DNA of 56,257 bases from a virus (taxonomy: Duplodnaviria; Caudoviricetes), in the IMG/VR virus record IMGVR_UViG_3300037478_000584, positions 1-56,257 of that record; one strand, written 5' to 3'. Below, piece after piece: positions 36,275 to 45,502 of this stretch (positions are counted from its first letter, which is position 1; each line of letters starts with the position of its first letter). The notes under the pieces were generated by a model. It made no database searches. It was not told where the DNA came from and saw nothing but the letters and a program-made list of their open reading frames with translations. A program made the position numbers and the translations under genes.

Positions 36275-36534
36275 GCCCGCGCCCCTTCCCACCGCCACCC
36301 CATGGCGCCCAACGTCTCGCCGCGGTCCAGGCCGTGCAGCACCCCGAGAAGGTGCGCGTCGGCCTGGTGCAGCAGCAGCGTGTGCATGAGTTGCTGACGG
36401 AACAGGATCGCGTCCGTAGCGGTCAGGAGCGGCTTGGTCGCCTGGCAGTACGACGGGGAATCGTAGCGCTGCGATTCCACCTCGGCGTTGATGCCGGCGA
36501 TGGTGGCGCCGAACTTAATAAGGCGGGACGTCAC
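36271..36534 (-). CDS. small protein resembling a major capsid protein segment
   Basis: GINAEVESQRYDSPSYCQATKPLLTATDA vs MCP GEAARVHETRGTDSYVCANRAFTDALDA. Confidence 0.5.
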   Translation of the reverse strand: MTSRLIKFGATIAGINAEVESQRYDSPSYCQATKPLLTATDAILFRQQLMHTLLLHQADAHLLGVLHGLDRGETLGAMGWRWEGARA

Positions 36535-36812
36535 TTGACGGACTCCGGGACGATGCGAGTCACAGTGAAAATCGCAGCAGGAGCTGGAAAGAGTCCAGCC
36601 CCGTCGTACTCAACAGAAAGGAGTCGATCCATTTCCTTCGAGTGCTCCGGGCCCGCTACCTTGAAATCCAATGCGTCGAAGAACTCCGACAGCGCGACTC
36701 CAAGTGCGACGATGGCTTCGGCCTCACCATCGGAGCCAATGGACTCTTTGAGGGCAACGTGCCTTTCCTCAATCGCATCCCGAAGCGCGTAGAGGTTCCT
36801 TTGGCTCTTCAC
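36531..36812 (-). CDS. stand-alone copy of the tail sheath C-terminal region
   Basis: LSVEYDGAGLFP vs sheath LSVQYDGAGRFP; GTGA overlaps at both ends. Confidence 0.75.
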   Translation of the reverse strand: MKSQRNLYALRDAIEERHVALKESIGSDGEAEAIVALGVALSEFFDALDFKVAGPEHSKEMDRLLSVEYDGAGLFPAPAAIFTVTRIVPESVK

Positions 36813-37381
36813 TTGACGCGCTCCAGCGCGACGGTCGGGTGCTTCTCGGTCTCGGTTGCTGCGTACTTGCCGCCGCTGAACGGATTGTACCGCTCCACTT
36901 CGCGCTCGCACGTGGCAATACCATCCGTGACGTCTACGACGACCTTATGCAGTCCGCCGCTCTTGAGCCGCACGACGTCGCCCGGTTCGATGGGGCGGTC
37001 GCCGATCTTGATGGTCTCGCCCATGATGTTGACGGACCAAACTCGGTTGCTCGGGTGTCGGCGGGCTACTCGGCGATTGCCGACACGTTCCACGCGGGGC
37101 AACGCGAGCGCATCGCACCGGTCATCCTTGCTGCAATCGTGCAACTCGCGGCGCAACTCCTCGGCCTTCGCCGCGTCGTCGTAGGCCATCTGGCGGACCG
37201 TGTCGGACAACTCTGCAAGCTCGATCGCAAGGTCGTCACGAAGGGCTCTGCGCTGCTCGTACTCACCAGCCGTGCAGTCGTAGAAGATGTGGGCGCCAAG
37301 CACAGCGTCAGCCGCCTTGATCGCCGAGAGGTGTTGCCGAAGGGCGTTATGCAGCTCGTTGCTACGTGGCTTGAGTTTCAC
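36809..37381 (-). CDS. hypothetical protein with C-terminal YodC/DUF2158-like domain
   Basis: PGDVVRLKSGG. Confidence 0.6.
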   Translation of the reverse strand: MKLKPRSNELHNALRQHLSAIKAADAVLGAHIFYDCTAGEYEQRRALRDDLAIELAELSDTVRQMAYDDAAKAEELRRELHDCSKDDRCDALALPRVERVGNRRVARRHPSNRVWSVNIMGETIKIGDRPIEPGDVVRLKSGGLHKVVVDVTDGIATCEREVERYNPFSGGKYAATETEKHPTVALERVK

Positions 37382-37575
37382 TTCGCACCCCCGAGCAGCT
37401 CACGCTTCGCACAGTCTCCGCACGTGGCGAAGCTTGACGGCGTGGTCTCGCCGGGGCGCATCCACACGAGGTCGCCCGCCTCGATGGTGTCGTCGCATTC
37501 GTGGCACGGAACTTCGCAAAGCACCATGTCGAAGTGTCCCGTGTGGCTGATGTGGTCGGTTGCGTTGCTATTCAT
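37378..37575 (-). CDS. small zinc-binding protein
   Basis: CHECDDTIEAGD...CGDC. Confidence 0.6.
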   Translation of the reverse strand: MNSNATDHISHTGHFDMVLCEVPCHECDDTIEAGDLVWMRPGETTPSSFATCGDCAKRELLGGAK

Positions 37576-37613
37576 GCCGCCACGTATCGCACGCCATCGC
37601 GCCGCCCATAAGC
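37573..37613 (-). promoter_or_regulatory. GCTTATG-class leaderless promoter (TTATGG-17-GATACG-7-ATG; weak -10)
   Basis: Intergenic motif heading the 37575-35077 operon. Confidence 0.55.
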
Positions 37614-37614
37614 G

Positions 37615-37962
37615 TCACGCAACGCGAATCAGCTTCACGGGCAGCGGCAATGGCTCACCATCGTCACCGTCCGGGCCGTCGTCGTCGCCCGCCGCATCCC
37701 ACTCTTGCAGGTGGATGATGCACGTATCGTCAATGCCGAACTCGATCGACATGACCGCCATCATGAACGCCCACGCGCGCCCGCCCAGTTCGGCCAGCAC
37801 CGCAATGAGCGTATCGTCACGGAGGTGTGGCCAGCACGCGTCAATCAGCACGCTGTCGGCGCTGCACTGCACGCGAATGGCGGGCTGCTTGTCATGCGAC
37901 AGAGCGAGCGTGAATGCTGCGCCGATGTCCGATGCGTCGCCGATCTGGAGGGAGCGGGTCAT
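37615..37962 (-). CDS. hypothetical protein
   Basis: ATGA overlap with the 37959 gene. Confidence 0.5.
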   Translation of the reverse strand: MTRSLQIGDASDIGAAFTLALSHDKQPAIRVQCSADSVLIDACWPHLRDDTLIAVLAELGGRAWAFMMAVMSIEFGIDDTCIIHLQEWDAAGDDDGPDGDDGEPLPLPVKLIRVA

Positions 37963-38732
37963 GGCTCTTGGTCCTCGCTCCCGTCCGGGCCGGTCAGGAT
38001 CCCGTCCTTGACCTGCACACCGTCCTCGTACAGGTCGGCGTCGTAGTCGCGCAGCACGTCGTCCGGCTCGACCAGTTGCTTGCCCTCGATTAACTCGCGG
38101 ACACGGAACATGGCGACGAATGCCGGATAGTCTCGGCCCGATACGCGGCGGCCAACGTCGCGGGTGTTCGCGTCGTCAATGCCGATCCGCTGCACACCTT
38201 GCCCGCCGAGCCATTCCCACTCGACGCCGTACGGTGCGTCCCATGATTCGTCGAGGGGCGTGCCGAGCGGGCGCGAGTTGTAACTCCACGTCGGGTGGTA
38301 GCCGTTCCGTGACGCTTTGGCGAATGCCGCGTCGACCGCATTGAACACGCCGCGCCGGTCGTCGAGCGCCGCTTCTTTCGGGCGCTCTTCGAACACGTAC
38401 ATGGCATGCACGTTCCGCTCGCGACCCTTCTGCACGATGCTGGGGTTCCACGGTACGGAGCGGCCGTCCCACCACAGATAGAGGGCAGGCACGTGGCGCA
38501 CCACGAAGTTCGCCTCGCGCTCGTATGGCGAGAAAGCGAACCGGTTCGCAGCGGGACAGGCGTCCGAGTTGTAGCCCGATACGTTGGCTAGTCGCGTGTC
38601 CAGCGCCTCTTTGATGTAGTGCGCCAGGAAGCTCAGCAGACCGTCGAGGAACGGATCGTCGACAGCGGCAGGCGCGGTGCCGGCCGTGATCGGAATCGTG
38701 AGCGCGCCGACGCGTGACGTTTCGGTGGGCAT
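37959..38732 (-). CDS. putative head-tail joining/tail terminator protein
   Basis: 257 aa, VPALYLWW; position downstream of the gp36-like gene. Confidence 0.55.
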   Translation of the reverse strand: MPTETSRVGALTIPITAGTAPAAVDDPFLDGLLSFLAHYIKEALDTRLANVSGYNSDACPAANRFAFSPYEREANFVVRHVPALYLWWDGRSVPWNPSIVQKGRERNVHAMYVFEERPKEAALDDRRGVFNAVDAAFAKASRNGYHPTWSYNSRPLGTPLDESWDAPYGVEWEWLGGQGVQRIGIDDANTRDVGRRVSGRDYPAFVAMFRVRELIEGKQLVEPDDVLRDYDADLYEDGVQVKDGILTGPDGSEDQEP

Positions 38733-38829
38733 CGTGCGCTACTTGCAGAGGCTATTGGAATCGAACCAACAGCACGCAGGTTTGGAGCCCGCATCGCCAG
38801 CCTTGAAACATGAGCCCCCAATCGGGGCG

Positions 38830-39117
38830 TCACCAGCCAACGCGGACCTTTGCGACGTCCGTGCCAGTGGCGATGATGGTCTCCACGTACAGTGGCGACG
38901 GGTCCAGGTACGTGCCGCTCACGAGGCCCGTGTACGTCCGGTTGGCGCTGCCGCCAGAGGTCGTGACCACGATCGATCCGCTGCCGGCGTCGACGATGAA
39001 GATCGCGCGGGCCGGCGTTCGCGTATCGGGAGACGCCGAAACGAGATTGATGTCGACGCTGAAGTCGTCGTATTCGAGCGCGTCTTCGTGCGCGTGGATG
39101 GCTCGCTGTCGTGGCAT
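38830..39117 (-). CDS. head spike base-like protein (RcGTA Rcc01079-like)
   Basis: PARAIFI..GSGSIVVT....TYTGLVSGTYL...VETIIATGT. Confidence 0.6.
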   Translation of the reverse strand: MPRQRAIHAHEDALEYDDFSVDINLVSASPDTRTPARAIFIVDAGSGSIVVTTSGGSANRTYTGLVSGTYLDPSPLYVETIIATGTDVAKVRVGW

Positions 39118-39118
39118 G

Positions 39119-39158
39119 GCTTATGGTGCGGCTCGTTGCGAGCTATCGTGGTGCGATG
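39119..39158 (+). promoter_or_regulatory. GCTTATG-class leaderless promoter (TTATGG-17-TATCGT-6-ATG)
   Basis: Seen in sequence. Confidence 0.7.
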
Positions 39159-39347
39159 CGTGAAGGATGGCGCGAATTGCTGGACCACATGCGCGACGTA
39201 GCGGAGCGTTGCCCACCGCGACCAACGCGCGTCATCATGACGGGTAGCGTCGTGATGTGGTTCGATGCGGAGACGGGGAAGCTTGTCAACGCACGAACGA
39301 TCAGCGGCGTAATGCGAGAACTCAGAACGCCCCCATTCCACGCGTGA
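39156..39347 (+). CDS. small moron protein (MREGWRELLDHM...)
   Basis: Leaderless start; antisense to the head genes. Confidence 0.55.
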   Translation: MREGWRELLDHMRDVAERCPPRPTRVIMTGSVVMWFDAETGKLVNARTISGVMRELRTPPFHA

Positions 39348-39807
39348 AGAACGGCGGGCACGGGGTCGTATCGTCCGGGTCGCCACTCCGCACGCCGCCG
39401 CCTTCATTGACGGCGGGCTCCGGTGCGGCGCCTTCATTGTCGAGTTCAAGCTCACGGACGCGGAGCATCTTGAGGTGGCTCTCCACCATTGCTTCGCGCT
39501 GCGCCCATCCGCCACGAATGAACTCGGGGTGACGCCTCATGGCACGCACCTCGAATACATCGAGGGCCATGCGCTTGACGGCACGTGGCGCATCGGTACC
39601 GAGCGCGCGCATCGTCGTGATCCCGCCCGGTCCGTACGTCTTCTGAATGGTCTGCTCCACCACGGACTCAGCGTCCGCGATGTAGTCATTGACCAGGTCT
39701 TCGTCGACCGTACCGTCACGGTCATCGTCGAAGATCTGTTCGTACAGCTCCGACGTGAGACGGCGCGTGATGTCCGCCTCGATCAGGTACGTGCCGGCGA
39801 TGGCCAT
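39322..39807 (-). CDS. head-tail adaptor (Mu gp36/DUF1320)
   Basis: YLIEADI...DDDRDGTVDEDLVNDYIADAESVVE. Confidence 0.8.
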   Translation of the reverse strand: MAIAGTYLIEADITRRLTSELYEQIFDDDRDGTVDEDLVNDYIADAESVVEQTIQKTYGPGGITTMRALGTDAPRAVKRMALDVFEVRAMRRHPEFIRGGWAQREAMVESHLKMLRVRELELDNEGAAPEPAVNEGGGVRSGDPDDTTPCPPFFTRGMGAF

Positions 39808-39810
39808 TGG

Positions 39811-40278
39811 TCAGTTAGCCGCCCGCACGAATTCGCACCCCTTGCCGCGCGCCTCATCGAGACAGCGCTCCGGGACGCTCATCGTGCCGCCACCCATGAT
39901 GCGCTGCCGCACCTTGACGCCGCCGATCGTGCCGGCAAACGGGCCACTGCCCGTCCAGCGCACGACCACGTAGGGCTCGGATGGCGCCGCCTCCTCAGGC
40001 TCCGGCTCGACCGGAGCGTCCGGTTCGGCGGCCTGAGGTTGCGGCTCGGTGGATTCGTCGGACTCAGAATCGGCCCCAGGAAGCTCCGCGTCGTCCGGAC
40101 CGGCAAGCACCGGCTCGGAGGGTTGCGGCGCGCCCTGGTGGCCGTCAGGCGCCGGGGCGTGGCTGCCTGGACCGGGACCACCCGGCACGGACTGCTCCGC
40201 CTCGACCGAGATGGCCGGCTCGCTTTCGGTGGGGGCCGGAGCGGACCCCGGCCCACGGGTACGATTGCGACGGCTCAT
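39811..40278 (-). CDS. hypothetical Pro/Glu-rich protein after the capsid gene
   Basis: 155 aa ORF in the head operon. Confidence 0.55.
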   Translation of the reverse strand: MSRRNRTRGPGSAPAPTESEPAISVEAEQSVPGGPGPGSHAPAPDGHQGAPQPSEPVLAGPDDAELPGADSESDESTEPQPQAAEPDAPVEPEPEEAAPSEPYVVVRWTGSGPFAGTIGGVKVRQRIMGGGTMSVPERCLDEARGKGCEFVRAAN

Positions 40279-40284
40279 CTAGAC

Positions 40285-41550
40285 CTACGCCAGAACGTCC
40301 GAGTACAAATAGCCCGCGTCAGACGCCTGGATCTTGTGCGCCTCGGACTCGCCCACCTTGGCCCAGTACGAGCCGCCGAAGCCCTTGTTGGGCTCGAACC
40401 ACTGCGAGGTGAGAATGCCCTGGTTCATGCCGGGAACGCCGGCGGCGAGCCAGCGCATCGTGAGAGCGAACGTGGCGGACCGGAGCGTGGCGCGCTCGGC
40501 GACACGGAGGACGCCGAAGAAGTCGCCCCACACCCGCGAGTAGGTGGGCGTCGCGATGTTGACCGCGTCGCTGTCGTACCGCGACTTGCCGATGAGGTAG
40601 TCGTCGAGACCGAGGAACGTCGAGATCATGCCGGGGGTCGCGAGACCGACCGACTGGCCGCTGTACTGGAAGAGTCCGGTGATGTCCGGGTGCCGCGACA
40701 GGACGTTGTAGATCTCCAGGCTGGAGAACGCCTTGGTGCGCGCCGGAGACCGACCGCGCCAGAGCGCCGCGATGGCGTCCTGGATGTTCTTGAGCGGTGC
40801 GCCGCCGCCCGCGCTGTTCCACTGGTCAGCACCGGCGAGCGTCGCCTTGTTGCCGCTGGGGTAGTTGCCAGCGGTGGTGAGCGCCGACGCGATACGAATC
40901 TCACGAGCCAGTGCGCGACGCTCCACGAGGCCCTCAACGAGATCGAACATCTCATTGAGCGGCGCGTCCTGGTTCGCCACGGTGTCGGCGTCGAGAGCGT
41001 CCGTGAAGGCCCTGTTGGCGCAGACGTAGCTGTCGGTGCCGCGGGTCTCGTGAACACGAGCCGCCTCGCCGCCAACCGCCACCGAGTCATTGGCCGGGAG
41101 GGCCAGACGGTCACGCTTGCCATAGGTCGGGAACTCGTCGCTCTTCTTGCCGACCAGCACGGGCGGCGCGAGCATCTCGCCGATGAACTCGTCGTTTCCG
41201 TACTGCGTCGAGATCTGCGCCAGGAACGAATCGCTGTGGACGTCGCTCGAACTCAGGCTGTTGCGCACCCGGCGGTCGAACGAAGCGTTCTGCGCCTGCC
41301 AGGCCTTGGTGCCGCGCGGGTCGCTGATCGCCGAATGGATCTTGCGCGACCAGTTGCGGTAGCGATTGCCAGGGCTCGCAGCGTTGCGCTGCCGTTCGCC
41401 GAGGATGGCGTGCCAGGCCGCGTCGGCGTCGTACCCACGGGTACCAACGCCAGCGCCCTCGAACGCCTTGATGTTCTCCATGTCCGCATCGGACAGGACC
41501 ACGGTCTTCTTGACGGGCTCGCCGCCGGTGATTGCACTCATTGCTGTCAT
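40285..41550 (-). CDS. major capsid protein (Phage_cap_E-like)
   Basis: LAQISTQYGNDEFIGEMLAPPVLV, LAREIRIA, DQW....PLKNI, DAGYLYSDVLA. Confidence 0.9.
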   Translation of the reverse strand: MTAMSAITGGEPVKKTVVLSDADMENIKAFEGAGVGTRGYDADAAWHAILGERQRNAASPGNRYRNWSRKIHSAISDPRGTKAWQAQNASFDRRVRNSLSSSDVHSDSFLAQISTQYGNDEFIGEMLAPPVLVGKKSDEFPTYGKRDRLALPANDSVAVGGEAARVHETRGTDSYVCANRAFTDALDADTVANQDAPLNEMFDLVEGLVERRALAREIRIASALTTAGNYPSGNKATLAGADQWNSAGGGAPLKNIQDAIAALWRGRSPARTKAFSSLEIYNVLSRHPDITGLFQYSGQSVGLATPGMISTFLGLDDYLIGKSRYDSDAVNIATPTYSRVWGDFFGVLRVAERATLRSATFALTMRWLAAGVPGMNQGILTSQWFEPNKGFGGSYWAKVGESEAHKIQASDAGYLYSDVLA

Positions 41551-41564
41551 GCTCCGTATGGCGA

Positions 41565-41975
41565 TCAGACGCCGCGATTGGCCGCACCGCTCAGGAGCAA
41601 TGGGGCGAGGTCTCCGGCGTCAGCGGACGCGAGGAAGATTCCGTAGGTCGACTCGTTGCCGGTGCCGTCCGAGTCGTGCGCGGCAGCGTCGGTGAATCCG
41701 GTCGCAACGAGCACGGCCTTGGTGCCGCGGGTTGCGCCGCCGGTCCCGACCTTCACAGGGACGATGGCGTGGCCGAACATGGCGACGCGGCACTTCTCGC
41801 CGGCTGCCTTGGTTTCGAGGGCCACGCCGATGGCGAGATCGCTCGCGGCGTCGCAGTCGTCGATGGTGGTGTCGCTGTCCAGTTTGACAGCCTCGCCGAG
41901 GGTAGCGGTGTCGCCGGAGGCGACCTCGTACTCCATGACGAGCATGTGCTCAGATCGTTCAGTGCATGCAGCCAT
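41565..41975 (-). CDS. capsid decoration/cement protein (DUF2190-like)
   Basis: AIGVALETKAAGE..RV...G.., GIFLASADAGD. Confidence 0.75.
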   Translation of the reverse strand: MAACTERSEHMLVMEYEVASGDTATLGEAVKLDSDTTIDDCDAASDLAIGVALETKAAGEKCRVAMFGHAIVPVKVGTGGATRGTKAVLVATGFTDAAAHDSDGTGNESTYGIFLASADAGDLAPLLLSGAANRGV

Positions 41976-41985
41976 GATGATGTCC

Positions 41986-43275
41986 TCAGCTAAGCGAGGC
42001 GGCGAATCGCGCAAACGCGTCCTCGTCGCCGGAGTCATTGATGCTCTCGGGAAGCGGCTCTTTGCCCATTCCCGCCGGGTCAGCGCTGAGCGTCGTCTTC
42101 GGCGCGCGCTGCTCCACGAACTTGTTGAAGAGGTCGCGATTCGTCTTCGCCAGGGCGAGGTACTGATCGCGCTCACACGGGTCGATCTTCACGCCGACCA
42201 ATGCGTCGACCTCGGCCGCGAGGACCTGGTCGTTGAGCGCCGCGGCGTTCTTGACCGCCTCGTCACGCTCGGCACAGAGCTTCTCGTTCTGCGCGTTGAG
42301 GGCCGCGACGTCAGCGGCGAGCTTGATCGACTCGTCCGCCTTGGCCTTCGCCTCGGACTTGGCCGCATCGAGAGCGGCATTCGCGGAATCGCGCTCGGTG
42401 CGCATCTGGGCGGTCTCGCCCTGCGCGGCCTTGAGCGCGGCTTGCAATTCAGTAAGGTCCACTTTGGGAGCCTCCGGTGTTTGGTTGTTGCTATCAGCGC
42501 CGCGCTCTGCGGCGAGAATCTGGGAGAACCGGGAAGCTTCGAAGCTCGTCGCCGCGTCCGCGATTAGTTTGAACGAGGCAATGACCTCGTCATGATTGGT
42601 TGCGCGGAAGGTGTGCTTACGACCGCTCGCCACGATGTTCAGGTCCGGCGCGTTCTTGCTGCGGCCTAGCAGGCTCGCGGCAATGCGGCTGATGCTCGCC
42701 ATCGCGCTATCCGCCTCATCGTCCGCCACCATGACGCCAGTGCAGAACCCGTCCCGCACCGCGTCCTCGGCGCCCATCCACGTCTCGGCCCGCATCAACT
42801 CGCGGCATTCGTCGAAGCTCTTTGCGGACCGGCGCTCATAGGTCTTGCACAGCGCGTCCGCGATGAGGTCGAGCGATTCGGCCTGGGACCGGAAGTCCTC
42901 GGCGTTGCCCATTGCGATGGTCCACGGATCGTGAATCATCACCATGGCATTCTCCGCGATGAGCCGCTCCGTGCCGGCCATTGCGATGATGCTCGCAGCG
43001 GAGATGGCCGCGCCATCCACCTTCGTTACGATCTTGCGACCGTCATTGACGAGGAGGTTGTAGATCGCCACGCCCTCGAACGCGTCGCCGCCGAACGAGT
43101 TGATCCGCACCACGATGTTGTGGTGACGGGGCGCTTCCTTCAGCTCCGCAGCGATACGGTTCGCCGTAACGGCGTTCTCGTTCCACCACGACTCGCCGAT
43201 GTCCGAGTAGACAAGGATCTCCGTCTCACCCAGCGCCACGGCCTGCGGCTTGGCCGCGTCAATCTTCGTCGGCAT
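41986..43275 (-). CDS. ClpP-type head maturation protease fused to scaffold
   Basis: RINSFGGDAFEG, AISAASIIAMAG, MIHDPW, ETWM; coiled-coil C-terminus. Confidence 0.9.
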   Translation of the reverse strand: MPTKIDAAKPQAVALGETEILVYSDIGESWWNENAVTANRIAAELKEAPRHHNIVVRINSFGGDAFEGVAIYNLLVNDGRKIVTKVDGAAISAASIIAMAGTERLIAENAMVMIHDPWTIAMGNAEDFRSQAESLDLIADALCKTYERRSAKSFDECRELMRAETWMGAEDAVRDGFCTGVMVADDEADSAMASISRIAASLLGRSKNAPDLNIVASGRKHTFRATNHDEVIASFKLIADAATSFEASRFSQILAAERGADSNNQTPEAPKVDLTELQAALKAAQGETAQMRTERDSANAALDAAKSEAKAKADESIKLAADVAALNAQNEKLCAERDEAVKNAAALNDQVLAAEVDALVGVKIDPCERDQYLALAKTNRDLFNKFVEQRAPKTTLSADPAGMGKEPLPESINDSGDEDAFARFAASLS

Positions 43276-44809
43276 TCTCTGTCGCGCCTTCATCCGGCGC
43301 CGGGTCGTCCGTTGCGCCATCGTCTACGTCGTCGCTCGGGTCGGGCGACTGCTCGTCGTCGTCATCGTCGGCGCCGCTATCGTCCGCTTCGCCATTGCCA
43401 GGCGCGGGCTTGGGCTCTTCGCCATCGACCGGATCGCCAAGCACGCGCTCGTTATCGTCGGGGAGCGGTACGCCCGATTCGTCGTGCGCCCACTTCTCAG
43501 GAACGCGCATACCAGCGGCCTTGAACGCCACGAGCGCCTTGCCAAACAACTCAGCGTCAACGTTCTCGTCGGTGTCGAACCAACCGCTCGGTAGCGCCAC
43601 GTCGCCGAAGTTCATGCGCACCAAGGGCCGAACCAGGTCGCGCTTGAGCGTCGAGAAGACGGCCTTGGCGTCGCTGTTCCGGATATCCTTGCGCAGATCG
43701 TCATGCACCTGACCGAGTGCGCGCGCGCCTTTGCTGCCCGCTTCGGTTGTGAGCGTCTGGCCAACGATGGCCTTGCTCATCTCCTGGCCCATGAACTCGC
43801 ACAGCTCGTGATGGTTCGACCGGCCGGCCCGTGCGCTACCGCCGTCCGGCTGCCGAATGTCCACCTCGGTGTTGTTCGGCAGCACCGCGACGCCGTTCGT
43901 CGTCAGTTGCTCCAGGATGTTCCAGAGCTTGTTGACGTCTTCAGCGCCTGACTCGCGGCCGTCCTGGTTGAGTTTGCCAATGCGCCACGGCTTCCAGCTC
44001 AACTCGGCGAGCTTCAGCCAGTCGGCAATCGACCACGTGCGGAACAGAGCGCACCACACGAGCAATCGCGACAGGCCCTCGAAGGCCGGCACGTCTCCAT
44101 TGATACGTGGCTGGTGGACGATGTAATGGCCAGGGAAGCGCTCCTGCAGGTCGACGCCGTCACCGTGCGAGCCCCACCGGTCCGCCCAGATGAGTTGCCC
44201 ATCGTCGAGCCGAAACTTGAAGCGGCGCTGACTGTGCAGCCGGAAACCGGCCGGGACGACCATCTGACGGCCCGCAATGAGGCGCTTCGTCCAGACGGTC
44301 TGCGATACGGCGTGGCCGTGATAGACGCCGCCCTGCATGTGGGCGATCAGGTCGTCGAAGGACCGGACCTCGTCGTCCAGGCCGCACGCTCCCTCAATGG
44401 CATCCTCGACGAACTCCGCGATCTTCTTATCGCGCCGCTTCGCTTCTTTGCGCCCACGTTCCTTGTGGGGCAGGATCGAGATGCCAAGCTCGGCAAGCGC
44501 CATCTCGCGCGTGAATAGGCACGACTGGAGGTGGCCGTCCTTCTGGCGCGCCTCGTTGGCGAGCTGCACGAGCCTGAAGATGTCGCCCTGGTCCGCCTCG
44601 TACAGGATCGCCGAGACCTGCGCAGGCGTGACGTTGCCGCCGATGCGCTGGTACTGGAGCCAGAGCGGCTGCGTAGGCAGTCCGCTCCGCACCGACGCGG
44701 CACTAGCGACCGCGTTGTGAACCGGGCCGCTGGAGGGCGCTACGGCTTGCCTAGACGCCAGGTGCCGAGAGGCACGTTGGCGCCTCCGGGCACGAGGCGA
44801 GAGGCTCAT
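43259..44809 (-). CDS. portal protein (DUF935, Mu gp29-like)
   Basis: KDGHLQSC..TR..AL, MSKAIVGQTLTTE..SKGARALGQVH, LVRPLVRMNFG. Confidence 0.92.
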   Translation of the reverse strand: MSLSPRARRRQRASRHLASRQAVAPSSGPVHNAVASAASVRSGLPTQPLWLQYQRIGGNVTPAQVSAILYEADQGDIFRLVQLANEARQKDGHLQSCLFTREMALAELGISILPHKERGRKEAKRRDKKIAEFVEDAIEGACGLDDEVRSFDDLIAHMQGGVYHGHAVSQTVWTKRLIAGRQMVVPAGFRLHSQRRFKFRLDDGQLIWADRWGSHGDGVDLQERFPGHYIVHQPRINGDVPAFEGLSRLLVWCALFRTWSIADWLKLAELSWKPWRIGKLNQDGRESGAEDVNKLWNILEQLTTNGVAVLPNNTEVDIRQPDGGSARAGRSNHHELCEFMGQEMSKAIVGQTLTTEAGSKGARALGQVHDDLRKDIRNSDAKAVFSTLKRDLVRPLVRMNFGDVALPSGWFDTDENVDAELFGKALVAFKAAGMRVPEKWAHDESGVPLPDDNERVLGDPVDGEEPKPAPGNGEADDSGADDDDDEQSPDPSDDVDDGATDDPAPDEGATENADED

Positions 44810-44821
44810 TCACGGTCCCGC

Positions 44822-45415
44822 TCAGGCGGCGAGGATCTGCGGCGTGTATTCGAGCCACACGGCGTGGATCGACACGTCGTCGGTATCGAGCAAGTCGTCT
44901 GTCGGCTGAATGGTCAGCGTCATGACGGCGGGGGCCGCAGGGACGTCAGCCGCTGCGATGGTTAGCGTCACTTCCTGGACCGTCTTGGCCGCAGCGTCGC
45001 CGGTCATTGCGGTGGTGTCGCCACCCGCGTCGGCGTCAGCATCATGCAGCGCTCCGACCGTCTGGAAGAAGGCCTGGCAGGTGAAGGTCGTGGCGTCCGC
45101 GAGGGTCGCGCCGTGCTTGCTGGCCATGATGTGGATCACGACGTCCTGGCTGTCGTCCAGGTCCTTCGGCATGAAGACGGTCGTGCCGATCGGGTCCGGC
45201 GTGGCCGAATCGTTCCACCGAATGCTGAGCGCCTCGCTGTTGTCCAGCGAGTAGCCAGGCACGTTACTGGTGCCGCTGGAGAATACGGCGAGTGCCGTTC
45301 CGTCCGCCTCCTGAAAGGAGAAGAGCGGGATGTTGATCGGGTTCTGAGCGCTGAAGATGTGCTTCTGAAGGGCGCGCCCAATGAGGCACCCATGCTTCGG
45401 TCCGCGAGTTCCCAT
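44822..45415 (-). CDS. hypothetical virion protein
   Basis: 197 aa acidic beta-sandwich-like; AGGA RBS. Confidence 0.55.
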   Translation of the reverse strand: MGTRGPKHGCLIGRALQKHIFSAQNPINIPLFSFQEADGTALAVFSSGTSNVPGYSLDNSEALSIRWNDSATPDPIGTTVFMPKDLDDSQDVVIHIMASKHGATLADATTFTCQAFFQTVGALHDADADAGGDTTAMTGDAAAKTVQEVTLTIAAADVPAAPAVMTLTIQPTDDLLDTDDVSIHAVWLEYTPQILAA

Positions 45416-45502
45416 GTCGTAATGCTTCCTGTCGCGCCGCTATGGGCGCCGGTCTGGTCAAGCCAGTGGCGTGACGGTTTGGTTCGCGAATGGCGAACGG
45501 TG

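Noticed and set aside
39475-41646. 723 aa plus-strand ORF and other long antisense ORFs (e.g. 450..1715, 7898..9001, 31543..32802, 36839..38011)
   Set aside because: Shadow frames of well-supported minus-strand genes in high-GC DNA; Arg/Gly-rich with no motifs
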